From a virus: DNA of 13,898 nt. This document shows positions 7,736 to 13,898 of this stretch, piece after piece; the stretch's first letter is position 1, and each line of letters begins with the position of its first letter. The DNA lies in UHGV virus genome UHGV-0274736; one strand, 5' to 3'. The translations under genes were made by a program, and so were the position numbers. Below the pieces are notes generated by a model. It had not been told where the DNA came from. It worked only from the letters and a program-made list of their open reading frames with translations, and searched no databases.

Positions 7736-7924
7736 TTATTCGTCATGCATTTCAGGTAATTCTTCGTATTCGACTCCCCATACGTTTTTACACCAACTAA
7801 CTCGCTCATATCTTTTACAAAAATCAGACCACATAACTTGGGTTCCATCATGGTTTGTTATTACTTCTGTAATATCACCAACACTAACAAAACTGGTATT
7901 AGAAGCAGTTATTTTTACTTTCAT
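7736..7924 (-). CDS. Hypothetical protein (62 aa)
   Basis: Complete ORF; start overlaps the stop of the upstream 98-aa gene (TAATG); no recognised motif. Confidence 0.45.
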   Translation of the reverse strand: MKVKITASNTSFVSVGDITEVITNHDGTQVMWSDFCKRYERVSWCKNVWGVEYEELPEMHDE

Positions 7925-8220
7925 TACTTATCCCCAAGAGCTTTTCTGATTGCTGCAAGACCTTTATTAACAGCTCCATACCATTCTGGATATGTTGTCG
8001 TTGTTCTATTTTTGGATTGCTTAAGTAATAACTGAAGTGCTTCGAGAAGGTCAGGTGCTGCCGCTATTAGATTGGCATCTTCAATACATTTAACTTCCTC
8101 ACAGATTGCAATATACGAACGCCAGCCTGCGCCATTTTCAAGTGAGTCTGCCTGGATGATTTTAATCTCATCGCCATCCATCATTATTTCCCACTTACCT
8201 TCAGTACCTTTAAATTCCAT
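7924..8220 (-). CDS. Hypothetical protein (98 aa)
   Basis: AGAGG SD 7 nt before ATG at 8218-8220; no recognised motif. Confidence 0.5.
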   Translation of the reverse strand: MEFKGTEGKWEIMMDGDEIKIIQADSLENGAGWRSYIAICEEVKCIEDANLIAAAPDLLEALQLLLKQSKNRTTTTYPEWYGAVNKGLAAIRKALGDK

Positions 8221-8257
8221 GTTAGCCTCTGTTGTTTATGCCAAAAATAAAGGACGA

Positions 8258-8881
8258 CTATGCGGCCTCGGAAGGAAGTCCAATCATCTTATTCAAATCT
8301 TCTACCCGTAAAGCAGGAAGTGCTGTACTTGCTTTATCTGCTTCTTTTGGTAGCAACTCTTTGCTTTCAGGCCAAACCTCAATAAGTCGCTTAACTGTTG
8401 TGACTGAGTTTAAAGCAGCCCATACATTTGATTCGATATCCTTTTTCTTGGCTTCAAGTTTTTGTTGTAATGAGCAGATTTCATCAAACCTTTTTGTTAT
8501 TTCGTGCTCTGCGTCAAACATGCATTTATCTTTTGTCGGAGTAGGAAGCAATATATCTTCGCCGTTGCCGTCTTTCCCATATGAATGCCATCCAACCCTT
8601 CTGCCAGATACAGTCAGATAAATTGAAGTAGAACGAACATCGCATGAGTAAAATGAACATCCCATCTTTTCAAGTTCTTCACTTATAGCTACCAACTTGG
8701 ATGATAACTGATCAACTTCCTCAGTTTTCTTTTTACCGCCAAACGCAATAACTCTGGCGTCAAGTGCAAGCTGGTTCTTTAACTTTGTTACTTCTTCAAG
8801 TTCAGTGAAAACCCCAGACTTAATTAAAGCTTTACGAGCGATTTCCTCTTTCATTCTCGTAGTTAAGCGGATTGATGACAT
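8258..8881 (-). CDS. Hypothetical protein (207 aa from Met-21 of the track ORF)
   Basis: GAGAGGA SD precedes the ATG at 8879-8881, whereas the track start at 8941 has none; predicted helical with two Cys pairs (CSFYSC, C...C); no family recognised. Confidence 0.5.
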   Translation of the reverse strand: MSSIRLTTRMKEEIARKALIKSGVFTELEEVTKLKNQLALDARVIAFGGKKKTEEVDQLSSKLVAISEELEKMGCSFYSCDVRSTSIYLTVSGRRVGWHSYGKDGNGEDILLPTPTKDKCMFDAEHEITKRFDEICSLQQKLEAKKKDIESNVWAALNSVTTVKRLIEVWPESKELLPKEADKASTALPALRVEDLNKMIGLPSEAA

Positions 8882-9088
8882 ATTAATTCCTCTCAAATAA
8901 GTGGTTTGCTGCCTAATTTCATTTTCTGGCGACCAACACAAGTCACACCCATTTCACTGCGTGGCTTGCGGTAGTAAAGATTGTGCCTGTCTTTTAACCA
9001 CATCAGGCTCGGTGGTTCTCGTGTACCCCTACAGCGAGAAATCGGATAAACTCTATTCACCCCTACAGAGAGCAAAAGAGAAACGCCG

Positions 9089-9670
9089 ATGAACAACTCA
9101 TGGTGGCAGGAACTAATGCATTTTTTCCTGCAAGGAATGACACTTAAACAGTTGATTCATATGCTAATCATCCTGATCATATTGATTATTGTTATGCCGG
9201 TAAGCGTAAAAGAATGGATAAACCTGCATAATCCAGAAATCCTTCCTCATTATTGGATGTATTACATCCTGTTGTTCTGCGTTAGCTATGTGCTTAACGG
9301 TGTTGTTAATTCCGCTTATCACGCTGTGACTGAAAGAATTGAGGTATCCGCTGCTCAGAAGCGCAAATCTAAAGAAGAAAAATATGTGCAAGATTTGTTT
9401 GATTCGTTAACTCTTGGAGAAAGAGCGTATTTGGCATTCGCTGTAGCCGCGAATAACAAGCTAAAGACAGAAAAGGGAAGCCCCGAAGCAATCTCATTGC
9501 TCGAAAAAGGGCTTCTTATTCGGATACCTTCTGCTACTGGATATCCTGAAATCGACCGTTTTGTTATCCCGGAACGCTATAGAAATGAGTGCTACATTAG
9601 GTTTGCTGGGAAGAAAGACAGTCTTATGGATGAACTTATCGCTCAGGATAAGCATGGCAAAAACAAGTAA
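9089..9670 (+). CDS. sieB: Superinfection exclusion protein B
   Basis: MNNSWWQELMHFFLQGMTLKQLIHMLIILIILIIVMPVSVKEWINLHNPEILPHYWMYYILLFC... matches recalled lambda SieB; convergent with N as in lambda. Confidence 0.85.
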   Translation: MNNSWWQELMHFFLQGMTLKQLIHMLIILIILIIVMPVSVKEWINLHNPEILPHYWMYYILLFCVSYVLNGVVNSAYHAVTERIEVSAAQKRKSKEEKYVQDLFDSLTLGERAYLAFAVAANNKLKTEKGSPEAISLLEKGLLIRIPSATGYPEIDRFVIPERYRNECYIRFAGKKDSLMDELIAQDKHGKNK

Positions 9671-9686
9671 TTAGCAAATGATTTTA

Positions 9687-10070
9687 TCATCTCGCCGTCA
9701 GTTGTTTTGATTTCCTGTAGCCTGCCGCGTAAATGGCTACGTTTGGAAGACATACACCAGTTTCTGGTTGCTTATGTCCAAACTCATTCGCGTACACAAT
9801 GGCCGCTCGCTCCAGATTGCGTCTGTATTCTTTCTGTTGCCAGATCACGTCCTGTGCCATGAACTTAATTGGCTTAGCGTCTTCTATGCGCTCAGGCGTT
9901 TCGTGAGCACCTTTAGCCTGAATCTGCGCTCTGCTTAGAGTAGGGCGGTGTAATACTTCTGAACTTATTGCTTCTTCGCGGGCCAGCACGCCGTTAGCTA
10001 ATGCCTTTGCCTTTAAACGCTCACGACGACGAGAACGTGAATTGCCTTTGAACTGAGTTCTGCGTGTCAT
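9687..10070 (-). CDS. N: N-type transcription antiterminator (127 aa) with N-terminal arginine-rich motif
   Basis: AGGAGG SD 6 nt before ATG; N-terminal GNSRSRRRERLKAKA is an arginine-rich RNA-binding motif like lambda/P22 N; sits directly downstream of a boxB-like hairpin and pL-like promoter. Could alternatively be a Nun-type factor. Confidence 0.7.
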   Translation of the reverse strand: MTRRTQFKGNSRSRRRERLKAKALANGVLAREEAISSEVLHRPTLSRAQIQAKGAHETPERIEDAKPIKFMAQDVIWQQKEYRRNLERAAIVYANEFGHKQPETGVCLPNVAIYAAGYRKSKQLTAR

Positions 10071-10235
10071 ATAGACCTCCTGATGAACTTTGGTGGTGTG
10101 GTAGGTGGGAGACCCATTTCGACCTGTTTCGGCCTACTTCAATTCGGCAATAGTCCCGCAGGCCTCGCCGCTTTACGTGCGACATATTCCCGTCCATGAA
10201 CCCTTCACCACACCCCAAAGTTCACTTTGGTTATT

Positions 10236-10250
10236 GCGCTTTGTCAGCGC
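10236..10250 (-). promoter_or_regulatory. nutL boxB-like hairpin (GCGCTGACAAAGCGC on the transcribed minus strand)
   Basis: 5-bp stem with 5-nt GACAA loop in the N leader; the same hairpin core with the same 5' flank CTACG recurs downstream of cro (see nutR). Confidence 0.6.
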
Positions 10251-10318
10251 CGTAGATTCATATTCGAATCGTTGTATATTCACCGCCCTGGTGAGTAGTG
10301 CGTCCTGCTGATAGCTAA

Positions 10319-10347
10319 ATAGTACGATGTGTACTTTATTGAGTCAA
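10319..10347 (-). promoter_or_regulatory. pL-like promoter with operator OL candidate in the spacer
   Basis: On minus strand: -35 TTGACT (10342-10347), 17-nt spacer, -10 TACTAT (10319-10324); 15-bp perfect palindrome AGTACGATGTGTACT (10321-10335) overlaps the spacer and -10. Confidence 0.5.
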
Positions 10348-10404
10348 TACAAAATGTTCTAAATATGGTTGGTTTTTTATAACACCTTGTATTTTATTGA
10401 TTTA

Positions 10405-10440
10405 TATTTTGGAAAAAGAAAACCCGACGCTAAGGTCGGG
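10405..10440 (-). terminator. Intrinsic terminator downstream of cI
   Basis: Hairpin CCCGAC-GCTAAG-GTCGGG at 10423-10440 followed on the minus strand by TTTTCTTTTTCC; lies 33 nt past the cI stop. Confidence 0.6.
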
Positions 10441-10472
10441 TTATTGTTGTGTGTTTTAGAGTGGTGATGCTG

Positions 10473-11132
10473 TTAACTAAATGTCTCTTCAGGCCACTGG
10501 CTGGCGATAACTTTCCCTACTACGGAACAGCTATCATTGCATGGGATCATTGGATATTGCGGGTTTAGTGGTTGTAGGAACACCTGACCGCTATCCCTGA
10601 TCAGTTTCTTGAAGGTAAACTCCTCACCACCAAGTCTGGCTATGCAGAAATCACCTGGCTCAACAGCCTGCTCAGGGTCAACGAGAATTAACATCCCGTC
10701 AGGAAAACTTGGCTTGGATCCTGTTGGTGCGGTCATGGAATTACCTTCAACTTCAAGCCAAAACGCACAATCACTGGCTTTTTTGGTTGTGCTGACCCAT
10801 CTCTCCGCATCACCTTTGGTAAAGGTTCTAAGCTCAGGCGAGAACATCCCGGCCTGAACATGAGAAAAAACAGGGTACTCATATTGTTTTTTTACGGGGG
10901 CAGATGAGTATTCGCCAACAGGTGAAAATGTACCGTCGTGGTTGAATGAGACGTTATCAATACCAAGGTATTTAAACACCACACCAATCTCGTCAAGAGA
11001 TGGATGACGAGATCCGCGCAACCAGTGACCAATTCCACCCTGCGTCATACCAAGCTCTTCAGCTAACTTCTCTTGAGTTATGCCGAGCTCTTTCATTCTG
11101 GATCTAGCCAGTTCATACCATTTCATTTTCAT
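10473..11132 (-). CDS. cI: CI repressor: HTH (XRE-type) N-terminal domain plus lambda-type LexA-like S24 autopeptidase C-terminal domain
   Basis: C-terminal roughly 130 aa ([21 protein letters not shown]...GNSMTAP...[27 protein letters not shown]...) match recalled lambda CI including the Ala-Gly cleavage site and Ser/Lys dyad; N-terminal domain differs from lambda. Start is ambiguous (ATG at 11132 or 11126); the track ORF start at 11207 would run through the operator region. Confidence 0.85.
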   Translation of the reverse strand: MKMKWYELARSRMKELGITQEKLAEELGMTQGGIGHWLRGSRHPSLDEIGVVFKYLGIDNVSFNHDGTFSPVGEYSSAPVKKQYEYPVFSHVQAGMFSPELRTFTKGDAERWVSTTKKASDCAFWLEVEGNSMTAPTGSKPSFPDGMLILVDPEQAVEPGDFCIARLGGEEFTFKKLIRDSGQVFLQPLNPQYPMIPCNDSCSVVGKVIASQWPEETFS

Positions 11133-11188
11133 ATCCTTATTATTACGCTCTGTACTAAAACCATCCATGCACAAGATGTATTTTTTGT

Positions 11189-11217
11189 TTGCATTCCAAG
11201 AGTACATATCGTATTAT
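11189..11217 (+). promoter_or_regulatory. pR-like promoter with operator OR candidate in the spacer
   Basis: -35 TTGCAT (11189-11194), 17-nt spacer, -10 TATTAT (11212-11217); spacer contains AGTACATATCGTATT (11201-11215), nearly identical to the OL palindrome. Confidence 0.5.
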
Positions 11218-11243
11218 TGTTTCATAGTTACTATGGAGGGCAT

Positions 11244-11459
11244 ATGAGCAACCTACGAAAATATCGAGAGTCACTGAATATCTCTCAAGCAACCCTTGCT
11301 AAGGCGGTTGGATGCACACAGGGGGCTATCGGACATTGGGAATCTGGTCGTCGCTTCCCAGACCTTAAAACATGCCGTGCTCTTGTTGCGTGCCTAAACA
11401 AGTTAGGCGCAAAAGTCAGTCTTGATGACGTGTTCCCGCCGGAACACCAAGCCGCTTAA
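11244..11459 (+). CDS. cro: Cro-like repressor (71 aa, HTH)
   Basis: GGAGG SD 4-5 nt before ATG at 11244; HTH segment ISQATLAKAVGCTQGAIGHWESG closely parallels the cI HTH ([23 protein letters not shown]); divergent from cI. The track ORF start at 11073 is an upstream extension overlapping cI. Confidence 0.8.
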   Translation: MSNLRKYRESLNISQATLAKAVGCTQGAIGHWESGRRFPDLKTCRALVACLNKLGAKVSLDDVFPPEHQAA

Positions 11460-11461
11460 TA

Positions 11462-11473
11462 AGCGGATCCGCT
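11462..11473 (+). other. 12-bp perfect palindrome AGCGGATCCGCT immediately after the cro stop, overlapping a second palindrome CCGCTTA-A-TAAGCGG across the stop codon
   Basis: Read directly; followed by ATTTTC; may be a weak terminator or protein-binding site. Confidence 0.3.
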
Positions 11474-11500
11474 ATTTTCACAATGGACATTCGTCCTACG

Positions 11501-11515
11501 TCGCTGACAAAGCGA
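11501..11515 (+). promoter_or_regulatory. nutR boxB-like hairpin (TCGCTGACAAAGCGA)
   Basis: Same stem-loop core and CTACG 5' flank as the nutL candidate; located between cro and cII as in lambda. Confidence 0.55.
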
Positions 11516-11590
11516 GTCCCAATATATCTGACCAACTAAGGCCATATGCGTTTCCACGCATACCTTTCAGCTAACTATTCACTATTGGAA

Positions 11591-11623
11591 ATATTAAGAA
11601 ATGACACAAACAAGTTACAGCAA
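11591..11623 (-). promoter_or_regulatory. Candidate pRE (CII-activated promoter) overlapping the cII start
   Basis: Minus strand reads TTGC-TGTAAC-TTGT (11610-11623, cf. the CII site TTGC-N6-TTGC) followed 17 nt later by TAATAT (11591-11596); orientation would drive antisense through cro into cI. Confidence 0.35.
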
Positions 11624-11897
11624 ACTATCACAGCGCGACGTTGATCGCGCTGAAACTGATTTACTTATCAACCTGTCAACGCTTACCCAGCGCGGTCTGG
11701 CAAAGATGATTGGCTGTCATGAATCGAAGATAAGCAGAACGGACTGGAGATTTATTGCTTCGGTCTTGTGTGCTTTCGGAATGGCATCAGACATCAGTCC
11801 GATTAGCAGGGCTTTTAAGTATGCGCTTGATGAAATCACAAAGAAAAAATCCCCGGCCGCCACCGAGGATTTTAAGCAAATTGGTATGCAATTCTGA
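11601..11897 (+). CDS. cII: CII-like transcriptional activator (98 aa)
   Basis: Central HTH region and C-terminus [18 protein letters not shown] resemble recalled lambda CII (...KKRPAATERSEQIQMEF); position after cro/nutR. Confidence 0.8.
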   Translation: MTQTSYSKLSQRDVDRAETDLLINLSTLTQRGLAKMIGCHESKISRTDWRFIASVLCAFGMASDISPISRAFKYALDEITKKKSPAATEDFKQIGMQF

Positions 11898-11929
11898 GGG
11901 AATTACTGGATCAATCCACAGGAGTAATT

Positions 11930-12076
11930 ATGACAAAACAACTCAGTCCTTACCAGGACAAAATTCACAAACACATACTACGTGATCGCTTCCTGTCCAG
12001 CTTCAAGCAGCCTGGTCGATTCCGGTCTGAGTTGGAAAAAGTGAAGCTGATGCAGAAGGAGAAAGGTCATGAGTAA
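11930..12076 (+). CDS. Small hypothetical protein (48 aa) between cII and O
   Basis: AGGAG SD 6 nt before ATG at 11930; stop overlaps the O start by 8 nt; below the length cut-off of the ORF track. No recognised family. Confidence 0.4.
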   Translation: MTKQLSPYQDKIHKHILRDRFLSSFKQPGRFRSELEKVKLMQKEKGHE

Positions 12077-12929
12077 TATTGCAACCGTAACACATTTAAG
12101 GCCTTCACAACGGCCTGTGGAGCGTCGTGTGGCAGAAGTTGAAGATGGTTATACCCGTCTTGCAAATGCCCTGTATGAAGAGCTTATCGGCGCAGATTTA
12201 ACGAAAAATCAGAGCAAGGTTGCCCACGCCATATGCCGTAAAACATACGGCTACGGTAAAAAGATGGATCGCATCTCTGATAGTCAGTTAGCTCAAATTA
12301 CCAGGCTGCCAAGACAGAAGGTAAACAAGGCCAAGAATGAGCTTATCGCGATGAAGGTTATCCTTCGCGAAGGCCAGCAAATCGGGCCTAACAAGAACAT
12401 CGAGGAATGGCAAATCGAAGGGTGTCACTACTCTGGTGATAATGTCACTGCATTGGTGACAAAAAGTGTCACCAAAACGGTGACAGCGCTGTCACCAAAA
12501 CAGGGACACACAAAAGAAACTATTACAAAAGAAAAAAGAAATAATAAAAACACTATGTCCGAAAGTGTTCGGACGGAGTGTGAAAAATCACCTGACCGTC
12601 ACGAAGAAACCGACAAGGCATTCGAGGAAATATTCTGGTGTGCAGGCATGCGGAAAGCCGGGAAGAAAAACGCAGCTTCGGCATTCAGAACACAGTTCAG
12701 GGAATGGCGTAAAACTACCAGGGGTACGGCAAGCGAGTTTGCCACGATGCTGGCAGAAGACATCGCATGCAGGAATGGTAAGCAGTTCGGATTCGACAGG
12801 TTGTTACCATCGAGCTACCTGAACGGTCAACGCTGGAACGACGAGAAGCCAGAAACTATTCAACCACAATCCAAACCATCATCCGCAATCACCGTATCGA
12901 AAACTGGCTACGTGTTTTTCGACAGGTGA
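12069..12929 (+). CDS. O: Replication initiator, lambda O-like N-terminal domain with a non-lambda C-terminal domain (286 aa)
   Basis: N-terminal segment [73 protein letters not shown]...GPNKNIEEW parallels recalled lambda O; iterons lie inside the gene. Confidence 0.8.
   Translation: MSNIATVTHLRPSQRPVERRVAEVEDGYTRLANALYEELIGADLTKNQSKVAHAICRKTYGYGKKMDRISDSQLAQITRLPRQKVNKAKNELIAMKVILREGQQIGPNKNIEEWQIEGCHYSGDNVTALVTKSVTKTVTALSPKQGHTKETITKEKRNNKNTMSESVRTECEKSPDRHEETDKAFEEIFWCAGMRKAGKKNAASAFRTQFREWRKTTRGTASEFATMLAEDIACRNGKQFGFDRLLPSSYLNGQRWNDEKPETIQPQSKPSSAITVSKTGYVFFDR
12421..12575. repeat. Replication origin candidate: iterons built on GGTGACA/TGTCACC inverted half-sites, adjacent AT-rich block, then palindrome GTCCGAA-AGTG-TTCGGAC
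   Basis: GGTGACAAAAAGTGTCACC and GGTGACAGCGCTGTCACC, each followed by AAAAC, plus degenerate copies upstream; A-rich tract 12505-12550; 7-bp-arm palindrome at 12557-12574. Confidence 0.6.
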
Positions 12930-12932
12930 ACC

Positions 12933-13040
12933 ATGAAATCAAAAATCAAATCGCTACTGGTCGCTGGTTATAACCACGGCTGGTTAAGTATTTCGTTTGT
13001 CGATTTCTGGTTTAAAAATCTCAATCTGAGGGAATCATGA
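12933..13040 (+). CDS. Small hypothetical ORF (35 aa) translationally coupled between O and the primase
   Basis: ATG 4 nt after O stop with AGGTGA upstream; its TGA overlaps the primase ATG (ATGA); hydrophobic/aromatic-rich; could be non-coding. Confidence 0.3.
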   Translation: MKSKIKSLLVAGYNHGWLSISFVDFWFKNLNLRES

Positions 13041-13898
13041 CGCCAAGTGAACTCAGCGACCTGCTTTGGGCGCAGGTTGACAGGGTGGCTCCGCACCTGT
13101 TGCCAAACGGCAAGAAAGAGGGGCATGAGTGGGTTGCCGGTAACGTCAACGGTGACAAGGGAAACAGCCTTAAGGTCAACCTTAGCGGCAAGAAAAAATG
13201 GGCTGATTTCGCTGAGGGAGACGGCGGTGACATGCTTGATTTGTGGATGGCATGTCGTGGAATTAACCTGCATCAGGCGATGCAGGAAGCGAAAGCATTT
13301 CTCGGAATCAAGGATGACGATCACCATTTCGATGCCAAACGTGAGAAGAAATTCTCCAGACCTGATCGCAAGAAGATCGCCCGCTACGTTACCAGAACAG
13401 AATCCCATCTTGAGTACCTGCAATCGCGTGGCATATCGCCAGAAATCGTAAAGCGCTACGAGGTTGTCAGCGGCAAGGTGTGGAATGGAGAGCGGGAACT
13501 GGATGCTCTGGTGATTCCGTACAAACGCGATGGTGAGTTGTTGCAGGTAAAGCGAATCAGCACTGAGCGCCCGGACGGGAAGAAAGTCATTATGGCAGAA
13601 GGTGATTGCGAACCTTGTCTGTTCGGATGGCAGGCTCTGGACGCTGGCGTGAGGGCGGTTGTACTTTGCGAAGGCGAAATTGATTGTATGAGCTATGCGC
13701 AATACGGCATCTCGGCGTTATCCGTGCCGTTTGGTGGCGGGAAAGGCGCTAAGCAACAGTGGATTGAGTTTGAGTATCACAACCTCGACAGGTTTGAGGA
13801 AATATTCATCTCGATGGATGTTGATGATGTTGGTCGTGAAGCCGCAAGGGAAATCGCAAGCCGACTCGGTGAACATCGTTGCCGTCTTGTTACTCTGC
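13037..13898 (+). CDS. Toprim-domain DNA primase (probably a primase-helicase), N-terminal 287 codons; continues past window end
   Basis: Frame open from ATG at 13037 to the window edge; Toprim-like motifs VVLCEGEIDCMSYAQYGISALSVPFGGG and FISMDVDDVGREAA; sits where lambda has P. Not in the ORF track because it has no stop in the window. Confidence 0.75.
   Translation, partial: MTPSELSDLLWAQVDRVAPHLLPNGKKEGHEWVAGNVNGDKGNSLKVNLSGKKKWADFAEGDGGDMLDLWMACRGINLHQAMQEAKAFLGIKDDDHHFDAKREKKFSRPDRKKIARYVTRTESHLEYLQSRGISPEIVKRYEVVSGKVWNGERELDALVIPYKRDGELLQVKRISTERPDGKKVIMAEGDCEPCLFGWQALDAGVRAVVLCEGEIDCMSYAQYGISALSVPFGGGKGAKQQWIEFEYHNLDRFEEIFISMDVDDVGREAAREIASRLGEHRCRLVTL

Larger units (their letters stand above)
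396..13898. mobile_element. Lambdoid prophage, left arm (attL through replication genes); continues beyond window end
   Basis: attL followed by int, xis, early-left genes, immunity region and replication genes in canonical lambdoid order. Confidence 0.9.

Noticed and set aside
8882-8941. Upstream start for the 207-aa gene (track ORF of 227 aa)
   Set aside because: No SD before the ATG at 8941, whereas GAGAGGA precedes the ATG at 8881.
9164-9391. 75-aa minus-strand ORF inside sieB
   Set aside because: It is antisense to the well-supported sieB frame and has no SD or homology.
10021-10218. 65-aa minus-strand ORF overlapping the N start and leader
   Set aside because: It overlaps the N SD and start in another frame and covers the structured leader; no SD; more likely a chance ORF in GC-rich leader sequence.
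11133-11207. N-terminal extension of cI to the ATG at 11207
   Set aside because: It would place coding sequence across the proposed OR/pR region and has no SD; the ATG at 11126-11132 gives a repressor of normal length.
11073-11243. N-terminal extension of cro to a 128-aa ORF
   Set aside because: The extension overlaps the cI start and the operator/promoter region; a GGAGG SD directly precedes the internal ATG at 11244, giving a typical 71-aa Cro.
12421-12500. Possible CRISPR-like repeat array
   Set aside because: The repeats are palindromic iterons of 18-19 bp with 5-bp spacers inside the O gene and next to an AT-rich block, which is origin architecture and not repeat-spacer organisation.
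12968-13702. 244-aa minus-strand ORF in the ORF track
   Set aside because: It is antisense to the Toprim primase frame, which is open from 13037 to the window edge and has clear catalytic motifs; it has no SD or operon context, so it is a shadow ORF.

Overview
This window is the left (attL, int-proximal) arm of a lambda-like prophage inserted at the lambda attachment site next to a ybhC-like host gene. From left to right it reads: host ybhC 5' end (minus strand), attL core plus P' arm, int and xis (lambda-type as far as I can recall the proteins), a run of leftward-transcribed early-left accessory genes (DUF551-like protein, Ea22-like protein, several small unknowns), a recombination module built from a Sak4/AAA-type ATPase and an SSB-like DUF669-type protein where lambda has exo/bet/gam, kil and cIII homologues, a large Glu/Ala/Lys/Arg-rich coiled-coil protein, a three-gene cluster of unknown function, sieB (plus strand), an N-type antiterminator, then the immunity region (pL/OL, cI with a lambda-type C-terminal domain and a different N-terminal HTH domain, pR/OR, cro, nutR, cII), and a replication module (O-like initiator with internal iterons and AT-rich origin, followed by a Toprim primase that runs off the window end). 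All calls rest on reading the sequence and on recalled protein families; no database search was run. The overall backbone is conventional lambdoid. The parts most worth follow-up are the uncharacterised three-gene cluster between sieB and the coiled-coil gene, the non-Red recombination module, the mosaic immunity region and the structured N leader.
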